The notes under the pieces are model-generated. The model made no database searches. It was not told the DNA's origin and saw only the letters and a list, made by a program, of their open reading frames with translations. The position numbers were made by a program, and so were the translations under genes. DNA of 64,000 nucleotides from Mobula birostris (taxonomy: Eukaryota): assembly GCF_030028105.1 (NCBI RefSeq), contig NC_092375.1:174606597-174670596 (forward strand), written 5' to 3'. The number at the start of each line of letters is the position of its first letter. Position 1 is the first letter of the stretch. Positions 1-64,000 of the stretch are shown here, in pieces.

Positions 1-690
1 TTTGACATCCTCATTAATTAAGAACCTGTCAATCTCTGCTTTAAATATACCCATTGACTTGGCCTCGACAGCTGTCTGTAGTAATGAATTCCACAGATTC
101 ACCATCCTCTGGTTAAAGAAATTCCTCATCTCTGTTCTAAAAGGACGTTCTTCTATTCTGAGGCTGTGCCCTCTGGTGCTATTATCGTGAATCTCCTCTG
201 GACTCTGTCCAATGCCAGCTCATCCTATCTTGGGTAAACGCCCAAAACTGTTTCCAGTAACTCAAGTGCCCTTCCATCTATCTTTGTATCATTTGCAAAC
301 TTGGCCACAAATCCATCAATTCTGTCATCCAAATCATTGCCATATAGTGTGAAAAGAACTAGACCCAACACTGACCCCTGCAGATAACTGCTGGACACCA
401 CAGCCAACCAGAAAAGGCCCTGTTTATCCCCAGTCTTTGCCTCTTACCAGTCAGCCAATCTTCTCTCTATGCTAGTATCTTTCCTGTAATACCATGGGCT
501 CTTATCTTGTTTAATATCCTCATGTGGAGCACCTTGCCAGGGGGCTTTTGAAAATCCAAGTGTACAACGTCCTCTGATTCTCCTTTGTCAATCCTGCACG
601 TTATTTCCTCAAAGAATTCCAACAGATTTGTCAAGTAAGATTTCCCCTGCTGATGGAACCCATGCTGACTTCAGTCTATTTTATCACATG
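1..690 (-). mobile_element. Degenerate CR1 LINE ORF2 (RT) fragment
   Basis: Minus-strand QGSVLG...NDLDDRIDGFVAKFANDTKI; RNFFNQRMVNLWNSL-like C-terminus. Confidence 0.85.
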
Positions 691-765
691 CCCTGAAACA
701 AAAAAAAGGGTAAAGTTTTGATTGTCATGGGAGATTTCAATATGCAGGTAGTTTGGGAAAATCAG

Positions 766-2501
766 CAGGCCAGGTGGCATCTCTAGGAAGAGGTACAGTC
801 GACGTTTCGGGCCGAGACCCTTCGTCAGGACTAACTGAAGGAAGAGATAGTAAGAGATTTGAAAGTGGGAGGGGGAGGGGGAGATCGAAATGATAGGAGA
901 AGACAGGAGGGGGAGGGATGGAGCCAAGAGCTGGACAGGTGATTGGCAAAGGGGATATGAGAGAATCTTGGGACAGGAGGCCTAGGGGGAAAGAAAGGGG
1001 GAGGGAGGAAGCCCAGAGGATGGGCAAGGAGTATAGTGAGAGGGACAGAGGGAGAAAAAGGAGAGAGAGGAAAAATAATAAATAACGGATGGGGTACGAG
1101 AGGGAGGTGGGGCATTAACGGAAGTTAGAGAAGTCAGTGTTTGTGTCATCAGGTTGGAGGCTACCCAGACGGAATATAAGGTGTTGTTCCTCCAACCTGA
1201 GTGTGGCTTCATCTTGACAGTAGAGGAGGTAGTGGATAAACATATCAGAATGGGAATGGGACGTGGAATTAAAATGTGTGGCCACTGGGAGATACTGCTT
1301 TCTCTGGCGGACAGAGCGTAGGTGTTCAGCGAAACGCTCTTCCAGCCTGTGTCCGGTCTTGCCAATATATAGAAGGCCGCATCGGGAGCACTGGACGCAG
1401 TATATCACCCCAGCCGACTCGCAGGTAAAATGTCGCCTCACCTGGAAGGACTGTCTGGGGCCCTGAATGGTGGTAAGGGAGGAAGTGTAAGGGCATGTGT
1501 AGCACTTGTTCCGCTTACAAGGATAAGTGCCAGGAGGGAGATCAGTGGGGAAGGATGGGGGGGACGAATGGACAAGGGAGTCATGTAGGGAGCGATCCCT
1601 GTGGAAAGCAGGGGGAGGGAGAGGGAAAGATGTGCTTAGTGGTGGGATCCTATTAGAGGTGGCGGAAGTTATGGAGAATAATATGTTGGATCCAGAGGCT
1701 GGTGGGGTGGTAGGTGAGGGCAAGGGGAACCCTATTCCTAGTGGCGTGGTGGAAGGATGGGGTGAGAGCAGATGTGCATGAAATGGGAGAGACAGTTCTT
1801 CCAGGTGAGGCGACACTTCACCTGTGAGTTGGCTGGGGTGATATACTGCGTCCGGTGCTCCCGATGCAGGCTGGGAGACCGTTTCGCTGAACACCTACGC
1901 TCTGTCCGCCAGAGAAAGCAGGATCTCTCAGTGGCCACACATTTTAATTCCACGTCCCATTCCCATTCTGATATGTCTATCCATGGCCTCCTCTACTGTC
2001 AAAATGAAGCCACACTCAGGTTGGAGAAACAACACCTTATATTCTGTCTGGGTAGCCTCCAACCTGATGACATGAACATTGACTTCTCTAACTTCCGCTA
2101 ATGCCCCACCTCCCCTTCGTACCCTATCCGTTATTTATTTATTTTTATTATTTTTCTCTCCCTCTCTCCTTTTTCTCCCTCTGTCCCTCTCACTATACTC
2201 CTTGCCCATCCTCTCTCCCTAGGCCTCCTGTCCCATGATCCTCTCGTATCCCTTTTGCCAATCGACTGTCCAGCTCTTGGCTGCATCCCTCCCCCTCCTG
2301 TCTTCTCCTATCACTTCGGATCTCTCCCTCCCCCTCCCACTTTCAAATCTCTTACTATCCCTTCTTTCAGTTAGTCCTGATGAAGAGTCGGGGCCCGAAA
2401 TGCCGTCTGTTCCTCTTCCTATAGATGCTGCCTGGCCTGCTGCGTTTACCAGCAACTTCTATGTGTGTTGCTTGAAATTCCAGTTCTTCAGATTTCCTCG
2501 T
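766..2501. mobile_element. Penelope-like element (GIY-YIG endonuclease 3' part) as an inverted, fold-back insertion with 15-bp TSD
   Basis: Minus ORF ending at 1115: PCKRNKCYTC...VIYCVQCSRCGLLYIG...RFAEH...VATHFN. Plus ORF ending at 2101 repeats the same C-terminus. GTTTGGGAAAATCAG at 751-765 and 2502-2516. Confidence 0.9.
797..832 (-). ncRNA. Minimal type I hammerhead ribozyme motif in the PLE terminal repeat
   Basis: Minus strand reads AGUC-CUGACGA-A-GGGU(CUCG)GCCC-GAAAC-GUC-GACU: stem I, conserved core, stem II, loopless palindromic stem III, GUC triplet. Confidence 0.8.
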
Positions 2502-3531
2502 GTTTGGGAAAATCAGGTTGGTGCTGGATCCCAAGAGAAGGAATTTGTAAAATGTCAGTGAGATGGGTTTTTTAGGTTGGCTGTTCTGTAATGATCTAGA
2601 TTTGATTAAGGAGCTTAAGGTAAAGAAACCCTCAGGAGGCAGTGATCATAATTTATCCTGCAGTTTGAGAGGGAAAGCTGAAATCAGATGTATCAATATT
2701 AGAGTGGAGTAAAAAGAAATTATAGAGATATGAGATAGAAGCTGGCCAAAGTTGATTGGAAAGGGACACCAGCAGAACAGCAGTGGCCGATGTTTCTGGA
2801 GGAAGGTGCAGGATAGATACATCCCATAGAAGAAGTAGTATTCTAAAGGGAGTATGAAACAACAGTGGTTGACGAGAAGCCAAAGGCAACATAAAAGCAA
2901 AGAAGAAGGCATATAATATTGCAGAAAATAGTGGGAAGTTAGAGGATTAGGAAGCTTCAAAACTAGCAGAAGGAAATAAAGAAAACAATGGGGAGAGAAA
3001 AGATGAAATATGAAGCTAAGCTAGCCAATAATGTAAAAGGTGATAGCAAAAGTTTTTTTTCAGAAATGTAAAGAATAAAAGAGAGAAGAGAGTAAATATC
3101 AGAGGAAATGGTGGACAAACTTAAGTATTTTCTGTCAGTCTTCACTGTGGAATCAGAAATTGGAGGGTGTTAGGGACAGAAATGGGTGCCGTTGCTGTTA
3201 CTAAGGAGAAGGTGCTTGGGAAACTGAAAGGTCTGAAGGTAGATGAGTCACCTGGACCACACGGAGTACATCTCAGGGTTCTGAAAGTGGTAGTTGTAGA
3301 GATTGTGGAGGCATAAATAGTGAGGTTACAAGAATCATGGGATCCTGGAATAGTTCCGGAGGATTGGAGAACTGCAAGTATTACTGCACTCTTTAAGAAG
3401 TGAGATAGGCAACATATAGGAAATTATAGGTCAGTTGTTGTCCCCCATTACTACCAATTTTCCAGTGGTCTGATATCCTCTCTCACATTTCTCTTATTCT
3501 TTGTATATCTAAAAAAAACTTCTGGAATCGC

Positions 3532-3753
3532 AAACTAGAGAACATCTGCGGATGCTGGAAATCAAAGTAATACACACAAAATTCTAGAGGAGCTCAGCAG
3601 GCCATCCAGCGTCTGTAGAAAAGAGTAAACAGTCAATGTTTTGGGCCGAGATCCTCCATCAGCACTGATGAACAGTCTCAGCCCTAAGCATTGACTTTTC
3701 TCTCTTCCATAGTGGCTACCTGGCCTGCTGAGTTCCTCCAGCATTTTGTGTGC
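3532..3753. mobile_element. Short palindromic PLE-derived element with two head-to-head degenerate hammerheads
   Basis: Arms acacacaaaattctagaggagctcagcaggcca / tggcctgctgagttcctccagcattttgtgtg; centre catcagcactgatg. Confidence 0.8.
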
Positions 3754-4613
3754 AAAACCTTTTTGGATCATCTTTCATATTATTGACTAGCTTACCTTCA
3801 GATTTCATCTTCCGTCTCCTTATTGCTTTTTTAGTTACCTTCTGTTGGTTTTTTTTAAAAGCTTCCCAATCCTTTGGTTCCCATTCTTGTTTCTGCTTTG
3901 CCTTTGATTAATATCATTTTGAGTGATACTTTAATTCCCTAACCCCATATACTCTGTTCCAAAAAATACACACACTTTTACTTGGAGCAAATGTTTCCAA
4001 GCAGTTTTTATGCTGTTGAGCCCTACCATTAACTGAGGGGTCTATGGACCCTAGGTTGGGAGCCTCTGAACTATCTAGGTTCCCTTGAAGACCCACTGCA
4101 TCCTTGTAGCTCATGCTAGTACTTAACAGTGTAACAGCAACTGACTTGGAAATGTTACAGTTGATCTCTTCATCCAAATCAGTGAAATAATTTGTGAACA
4201 GTCTGGGATTCAGCTCTGACCCTTGTAGCACCTCATTGGTCACACACAGTCTTTCAAACTTCCTGCTGTGCTCTTTAACCAACATTCAGTTCATTCCACC
4301 CTGTTAGAATCTCTAATTTTATTTAATAACTTCTTGTGTGGCTTTCGACATGTCTAAGAAACAGTACAACTGCTGGTCCCACTTTATTTGTTCCACTAGA
4401 GTCATAGAACGATTAAGCAAGCCCTCTGGTCGTGGTCACATCCTGGTAAATCTTTTCCACACTCTTTCCAGTTTTAACCCCATCATTCCTATAACAGGGT
4501 AACCAATTCAGTACACCGTACTCTTCATGTGGCCTCACCGACGACTTCTGCAACTCAACATAATGCCCTAAATCTTATACTCAGCACCCTGACTGATGAA
4601 GGCCATTGTGATA

Positions 4614-4842
4614 AACACGAAAAAATCTGCAGACGCTGGAAATCCAAAGCAACACATGCAAAATGCTGGAGGAACTCAGCAGGTCAGGTAGCATCAAGGG
4701 AAATTAATAAACAGTCGACCTTTCAGGCCAAAGCCATTCTTGAGTCCCGAAGAAAGGTCTTGGCCTGAAAGGCTGCCTGTTTATTCATTTCCATAGATGC
4801 TGCCTGACCTGCTGAGTTCCTCCAGCATTTTGTGTATGTTGC
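4614..4842. mobile_element. Short palindromic PLE-derived element
   Basis: Same inverted arms; flanked by tgtgataaa duplication (4607-4615, 4845-4853). Confidence 0.8.
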
Positions 4843-5029
4843 CCTGTGATAAATTTTTTAACACTCTTCTGAGATGTCGATTTCAATGAACTAAGCACTG
4901 TACTCCTAAGTCCCTCTGTTTCATTACACTACCCAGTGTCTTACCATAAGCCCTACACTGGTTTGACTTTACAAAATGCATCACCTCACATTATCTGTAC
5001 TGAAATCCCATTTCAACCTAGTTTAAATC

Positions 5030-5460
5030 TTCTCATGAAGAAGTAACAAATTTCCCTGCAAGGATGTTAGTCCCGCGCTGGTTCAAGTGCAGTCTGTCCC
5101 TCTGAGGTCTCTTCTCTCCCTCCCCCCCCCCCCCCACAAAGAGGTGATTCCCACTGGTTCTCGAACCTGAATCCCTGTTCCCCTACATCAGCTCCTCAGC
5201 CGCAAACTCATCAGGCCTATCCTTCCTTTTTCTGAACTTGCTGGTACGTGGGATTGGGAGTAATCGGGAAACACGACCCTTTTTCTGAACTTGCTGGTAC
5301 GTGGGACTGGGAGTAATCTGCAAACACGACCCTTGAGTTCCAGCTTCTGCTTCCTAACTTAACCTCACTCCCTAGACTCATCCTCAGACCTTGCTCCTTG
5401 TTTTACCGATTTTGCTCGTACCAATGTGTACAATAACCGCTGACTGTTCACCCTCCCCAT
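5030..5460 (-). mobile_element. Probable CR1 ORF1 (esterase-type) fragment with a local ~53-bp tandem duplication
   Basis: Resembles the reverse strand of CR1 ORF1 (RVIISGLLPVPRA / DGLHLN-like); duplicated unit at 5227-5279 and 5280-5333. Confidence 0.55.
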
Positions 5461-6979
5461 TTTCCTTCCTCATCTGATAAAAGGATTAAGAGTTTTTTTC
5501 TTTGATCTGATTTCTTTTTTAACTTAGCCATAGTTGATCCACTTTTCTATTATTGGCATTTGTATCTTCAGAGGAATATTTATGTGTTGATAACAGTAAA
5601 ATAGCTCTTTACATATTAATTGTTTATTATCATAACTCTAAATGTATTTTCCCAAGCTACTGTAGATAACTAATTTCTCATAACTTTGTATTTTGCTTTG
5701 TTAGATTTAAGATCTGTAACATGAAGTGAGCTTGGAAATTCCACCGTGAATTGAAGTGTATTTGGTTTATTTCACTGTGCAGTCATTCGTCTAGAATGCT
5801 TTACCACTGCTTTTGTGCCAATTAGAATGTGGAACAACCCCAAATGTATTTCCATAATTTAAAAAAAATTGTTGTGTGAGCAATTACAGCCATGCGTGGT
5901 TTGAAATATTGCACACAAGCTGTCAATGTAAAGAATGTGGCCATTTTATTACCTCCAGATTAAATTTGGCTCTGTAGGTTCTAGTCCCATTGCACAGACC
6001 TGATTAAAGTATCTCAGGCAGACTCTTTAGTCACCAAACTTTATTGCAAATCTTCTTCCACGTATGCCAGCAGCTTGAATCACCCTGTTTTTCACTCTTT
6101 CTATTTTACATATCAATTATTATCTTCAGTTCAATTCTGTCCCTGCATAGTGAATATTTAAAAATCTGCCATTGCACAATTTTTCCATTTTACTTCCTTT
6201 GCAACTGCCTCTCCCTGGAGCAGTCTTGGTTGCCCACCAGGACTACCAAAGCTTGGAAATTTCAGGCCTGTTGTATTGAAACGTGAGGCTTTATCGGCAG
6301 ATCAAGTGGGCAAGGTTGTCTATAGCAAAATTTGAAGAACAGAGTAGTTCTCCCAAGTTTCCTGGTGAATATTTATCACTCGCGCACATAAAATAGCAAT
6401 TACCTGATTATTATCTCACTGTTATTAATAGAAACTTGCTGTGCATAAATTGGTAATCCTGTAGTTTGTTTCATAAAAACTATAATTATGTTTCTGAAGT
6501 GCTTTTTTGTAAACTCTAGCGCTTACTATCATTAAGGTCTTGAATAGGACGATACTTTTGAAAGGGCAAATCTTGTGTTGTAGTTCTAAGTACTTATTGA
6601 GTGAAGTATTTTTTTCATACAAAGTTGATTTGAGTGGTTATTAACCTCAGTCGGTACACAGCTCATTTCTTGAAGGTAGTTGCGAAAGCCCACATTATTT
6701 TTTAATGTTGATCTTTTATCAAACAAATGGAAACTGAATGAAGTTTAGTCAAGATGCAGGTTTGGGAGAAGTGAGTGAAGTTGGGGAATGGGCCAGTTTT
6801 TCATCATTGAACGACTTAATCTGTTCTGCCTGATAGATAGCAATCATTAAAGGAGGAACGGTCCCCGGTCAGTCCTTGTCTTTCTAAGTGTAAGTTAAAT
6901 CTGTCCCTCAGGACTTTCTGAATAATTTCCCTACCACTGATGTTGGGCTCTTAGATCCGTAATGACATAATTACCTGAA

Positions 6980-7140
6980 TACCTCTTCTCATTACTGTCA
7001 TCAGGGAGGAGGTATAGGAGCTTGAAGACACACACTCAATGAATCCGGAACAGCTTCTTCCCCTCAGCCATCAGATTTCTGAATGCACATTCAACCCATG
7101 AACACTATCTCACTACATTTTGTTTTCTCGTTTTGCACTA
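6980..7140 (+). mobile_element. Rex/Babar-type LINE 3' fragment
   Basis: LFSLLSSGRRYRSLKTHTQ..RNSFFPSAIRFLN C-terminal motif. Confidence 0.7.
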
Positions 7141-7239
7141 TATATATTAGAGAGAGAGCGAGAAATAGATTATATATGTGGAATCGAGATCCTTCTCTTG
7201 AATCTTAACATGCTTTCGTCTGATTAAATTAAAGTCTGT

Positions 7240-7513
7240 CAGGAGCCTTGTGGCCCATCAGGCCGGTCCTTATGCCGTGGCATGAAGCGACTGAGAATAC
7301 GAGACTCCTCCCCCCCCTCCCCCCCCCCGATAGGACGCCAGTCTATCGTGAGGTTAACCCCCAGCATTTTTGCTGGTACCCATTCTCAGCTGGGTAGACT
7401 GGAGCTTTGTGTGGTTAAGTGCCTTACTCAAGGACACATGCTGCCCCAGCCGAGGCTCGAACCCACGACCTTCAGATTGCTAGTCCAACGCCCTAACCAG
7501 TTGGCCACACGCC
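7240..7513 (-). mobile_element. tRNA-derived SINE with CORE-like body
   Basis: Minus strand: A box TGGCCAACTGG, B box GGTTCGAGCC, then gtgtccttgagtaaggcacttaacc and acccagctgagaatgggtacc. Confidence 0.75.
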
Positions 7514-7720
7514 GTACATGCTCTAATCTGGGGACTTAAAAAAAAACCACTGCAGCCACTTTTTGTCTGATTCCTGAATACATTTTTCAAGCTTTCTTGA
7601 CTTAAGAATACAGTGCTTTTTAATTTAGATTCTAACGCCTTTCTTTCTTGGTTTTGAATTATGTGTATTGATTTGATGTGTATTGATGGTCTAAGTATTT
7701 TCTCTATCATCTTCCTATAG

Positions 7721-61210
<53,490 letters not shown>

Positions 61211-62820
61211 TGGAGAAGAGATGTGTGGAGAGTATGAGTGTGTTTGAATGTTATGATATTTGTGTGGTGTTTGTTTGTTACCACATACCTGCTAGAGTGG
61301 CATGCTGTTGGAAACTGGAGTTAGGACAAGAGGAAGAATCACAGGCAAGCTGTGGGCTAGCAGGTTTATTCGGCCTACATTAACAAGTGCCTCAACATAA
61401 CATTTCCTCTCAAGCTTAACTGCATATTGTTGCTAAAGTTGTTGACATAACAACTGGTAAGTTTTACAATATTGCATTAATTAACAAGGTTGTGAGCTAA
61501 AGTTGTGAATTCTAAACTTTTAATTTTGACACGAAATATAATGTTGAAACCAGGAAGGATAGATATGCTTGTTTGGAGATAAAGAATAATGCATGTGGAA
61601 TAGCTGTCATAAACTACCATGGCAGTGTAAGTTCGGATTTCATTTGAAGACTGATCACTGTACTTGTGTTGTTTTGTTGGCTCTATCCAAGACACTGAAC
61701 CATTGTGGAATTTGGTGATTTAAATAGAGAAGCAACTCTTCACTGTAGTTGATCAAAATTGACTGATCAACAGCTGCAATACTTGTTTTCCAGCAGTGTC
61801 AAAAATAATGGAACAGTCAATTCTGCAGCTGCTGTCTCAGGACAAAGGAAAATGTTATATACGTACAGAGTATGAATGATTGGGAAAAACTTGTAGATAT
61901 GACTAAGCTATTAACCCCTTCACTAAACAGTATTAAAGCATGAGGACCAAAAGTAGAAATTTGTTACTGGAAATAAAATGGTGTAAAATTACATATTAAC
62001 AATTTTCAACAGTTGAAATAGAAAATGTACTTTGAAAATGTGCCATTTGGCTTTATTTTAATCTCCTTGGTTGCATTGCCTCGCCATGTTGATTGTAAAA
62101 TTTATTGTATAGTATTTAACCACTGAATTCCTTCCTGTATGCATTTGGCTCATGTGACCCACTTGTGACTGGCATTTTTTTTTGATTTGAACAGTGTAGT
62201 TATATTTAGATAATGCTATTCTAAATGTACAGATATTTTGCTAAGAAATCAGTGCATTTTTATGGTTTTTTACAGTTCTTTGATTCACTATAGCCTCTGG
62301 GTAATATTGTACATATTGTTTAAAAAATATTGCGACAGCTGTCCTATACAATTTGAATGTTATTTTAACTTATAGTTCTGTTTTTATATTTAACTAAAAT
62401 GACAGTGACCAAGTTTTGGCTAATCATTACCAGATTAACTTCTGCTTACAATTTCACTGTAAACTTAGTTTTAAAATCACTTGCTTTCTATCAATTCTAC
62501 ATGGTGTGTATATGCTGCATAGAACATGACAAGACTGAGTCCTTTGTCCATGAACAAGTAAATGAGTACAGGATTTAATTTCGGTGGCAAGGGGGTCAAC
62601 TGACTATAAATTTCAAGCTAATGCACAACACCTAAATTTTAAGATGGAGATTTGATGAGGAAAAATTACCTTGTTCTGGATCACTGACTGGAATGTTGAC
62701 ATGTTCTGCTCACGTACTTTTAAGTTTCCTGCTTGTTGGCAAAATAGAATTGTTTTATAAAAAAATAGAAACAAAATTTGTTAATGGCATTTGGTCAAAT
62801 AAACTTCTTTACACTACTAC
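61211..62820 (+). other. FMNL2: FMNL2 3'UTR (approximate)
   Basis: AT-rich stretch after the stop with no recognisable TE; AATAAA at 61972-61977 and 62798-62803. Confidence 0.65.
62798..62803 (+). terminator. Candidate polyadenylation signal AATAAA
   Basis: Last AATAAA of the UTR-like block. Confidence 0.55.
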
Positions 62821-64000
62821 ACAAATATAGTCAATTGTCCAATGTATTTCTAGGCAAACCCAAGAAATGCATACAAGATGGAATAATCCCCATTAAGGGA
62901 TATTGTTTTTCCAATCACGAGCTGTGAGAAATAGACTGGCAATGAATTGAAACATCTGAGGCCTTCATTGGTCATGGTCGACCATGGCTGTTGCATCCTA
63001 GGTGTCTAGATGCAGAAGCAAGCAAGGGCAAACATACACAAGCTAAATCTGAAACTACACAGTTAGTGATATTACCCCAGAAAATTTAGATCCTACAATA
63101 TTTTGGGTAGTAAAATGTAAGTGACACAATGCTTTAGTTTGAGGGCTGGCAGAAAAGGCAAAATCCATGTTTTACTTTTGTCTTTTTTGTTTCCTTGGAC
63201 TTGATCCTAAGAATGTGAAGTAATTCGAAGTTTTGAATCCTGTGACAGGGATTAATAAAATCAAACAGCATTCCCACTAGAAACATCAAGAATAAGACAA
63301 ACTGCCCTTCCACTGTTGCAGCAGAAATGTTATGTCACCACCAGCTAACTATTTACAGGGTAAATGAACCCTGACTTTGATATTCTCAGTTATGGCTAAA
63401 ATAACATTTATACAGTTATAAGCTTGTGAATGCGAATAAGCAGCCCTAAGGTGATCTGACATGCTCTCATAGAGCACTATTAACACAGAAACAGGCTGAA
63501 TGTGCCATTAGTTTGTGGTAACCTAATCTTCTGCCTAGTCCTGTTTACTAACTCCCAGATCATGCCCACAGTACCTCTCTCATCCTTAACCTGATTAAAA
63601 CTTTTCATAAATGTTACAATTAACCTTGCATCTACCATTTTTGCTACCAGTTCTCATTCTGGTATCATGTTATTCTGATACAAGGAATGCATGAACTGAT
63701 AAATGATACAGCCAAAATAGACCAGTATCAATGGAATTATGTTGACTATTTCAGAATTGCACCACCAAAAAACTGTTGTTCTGATGTTTTGATGAATCTA
63801 GTGTGAGAACTAAAACATGAAGATCCCCAAGGCTCAGAAAAACAATTTTTAAATGGTCTTTTTCTGAAACTGCCAAAACCACGCTATTAAGGATAAAGCT
63901 TTACCCATTTCTGGTCACCTATACACAAGGCTGCTGTTGTAACTGAAACAATGGGACTGCAGCTGAGAAAGCACACCTGCAGATGTGTTCCTTCTACCCA

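Larger units (their letters stand above)
705..3435 (+). mobile_element. Degenerate CR1 LINE ORF2 (endonuclease to RT N-terminus), interrupted by the PLE at 766-2501
   Basis: VMGDFN APE motif at ~724-740; KLKGLKVDESPGP and GNYRSV-like motifs at 3220-3435. Confidence 0.8.
3440..5010 (-). mobile_element. Mosaic of degenerate CR1 fragments, with nested PLE-derived and hAT-like short elements
   Basis: Minus ORF 3914..4285 has VLQGSELNPRLFTNYFTDLDE...ISKS; 3440-3900 is an inverted homologue of 2880-3110. Confidence 0.7.

Noticed and set aside
1115-1894. 259-aa ORF as a stand-alone or domesticated GIY-YIG nuclease gene
   Set aside because: Its N-terminus runs across the inversion junction and a frameshifted region. 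It is a PLE fragment with a TSD and no RT.
7440-7513. tRNA gene candidates (also ~15820 and ~45440)
   Set aside because: The A/B boxes are followed by SINE bodies and tails, and I see no complete cloverleaf; these are SINE heads.

Overview
This is eukaryotic, AT-rich, repeat-dense genomic DNA. The repeat families (CR1, Rex/Babar, Penelope, V-type SINEs) and the protein divergence suggest a cartilaginous fish, probably a ray (inference). The + strand carries the 3' portion of a formin-like 2 gene (FMNL2). I traced 19 consecutive, phase-consistent coding exons from 7721 to 52683 (GBD/FH3 armadillo region, coiled coil, FH1 polyproline, FH2, start of DAD), then three alternative 3' exons (53746, 54865, 61101) and a 3'UTR to about 62.8 kb. 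The 5' exons lie upstream of the window; exon numbers follow my recollection of human FMNL2. Introns hold CR1 LINEs (one young copy with an open 520-aa RT frame), Rex/Babar fragments, a Tc1 relic, mariner/Tc1/hAT MITEs, tRNA- and RTE-derived SINEs and many Penelope-like (PLE) derivatives. Main observations: (1) a fold-back Penelope GIY-YIG insertion with a 15-bp TSD carries a core-intact minimal hammerhead ribozyme antisense to the gene; (2) a dispersed family of short palindromic, hammerhead-derived elements has ~12-15-bp TSDs, and every gene-sense hammerhead copy has a damaged core; (3) an alternatively spliced FMNL2 C-terminus can give up to five tails, using GT and GC donors, a stop codon created by splicing and an RBFOX/QKI motif cluster. 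No databases were searched.
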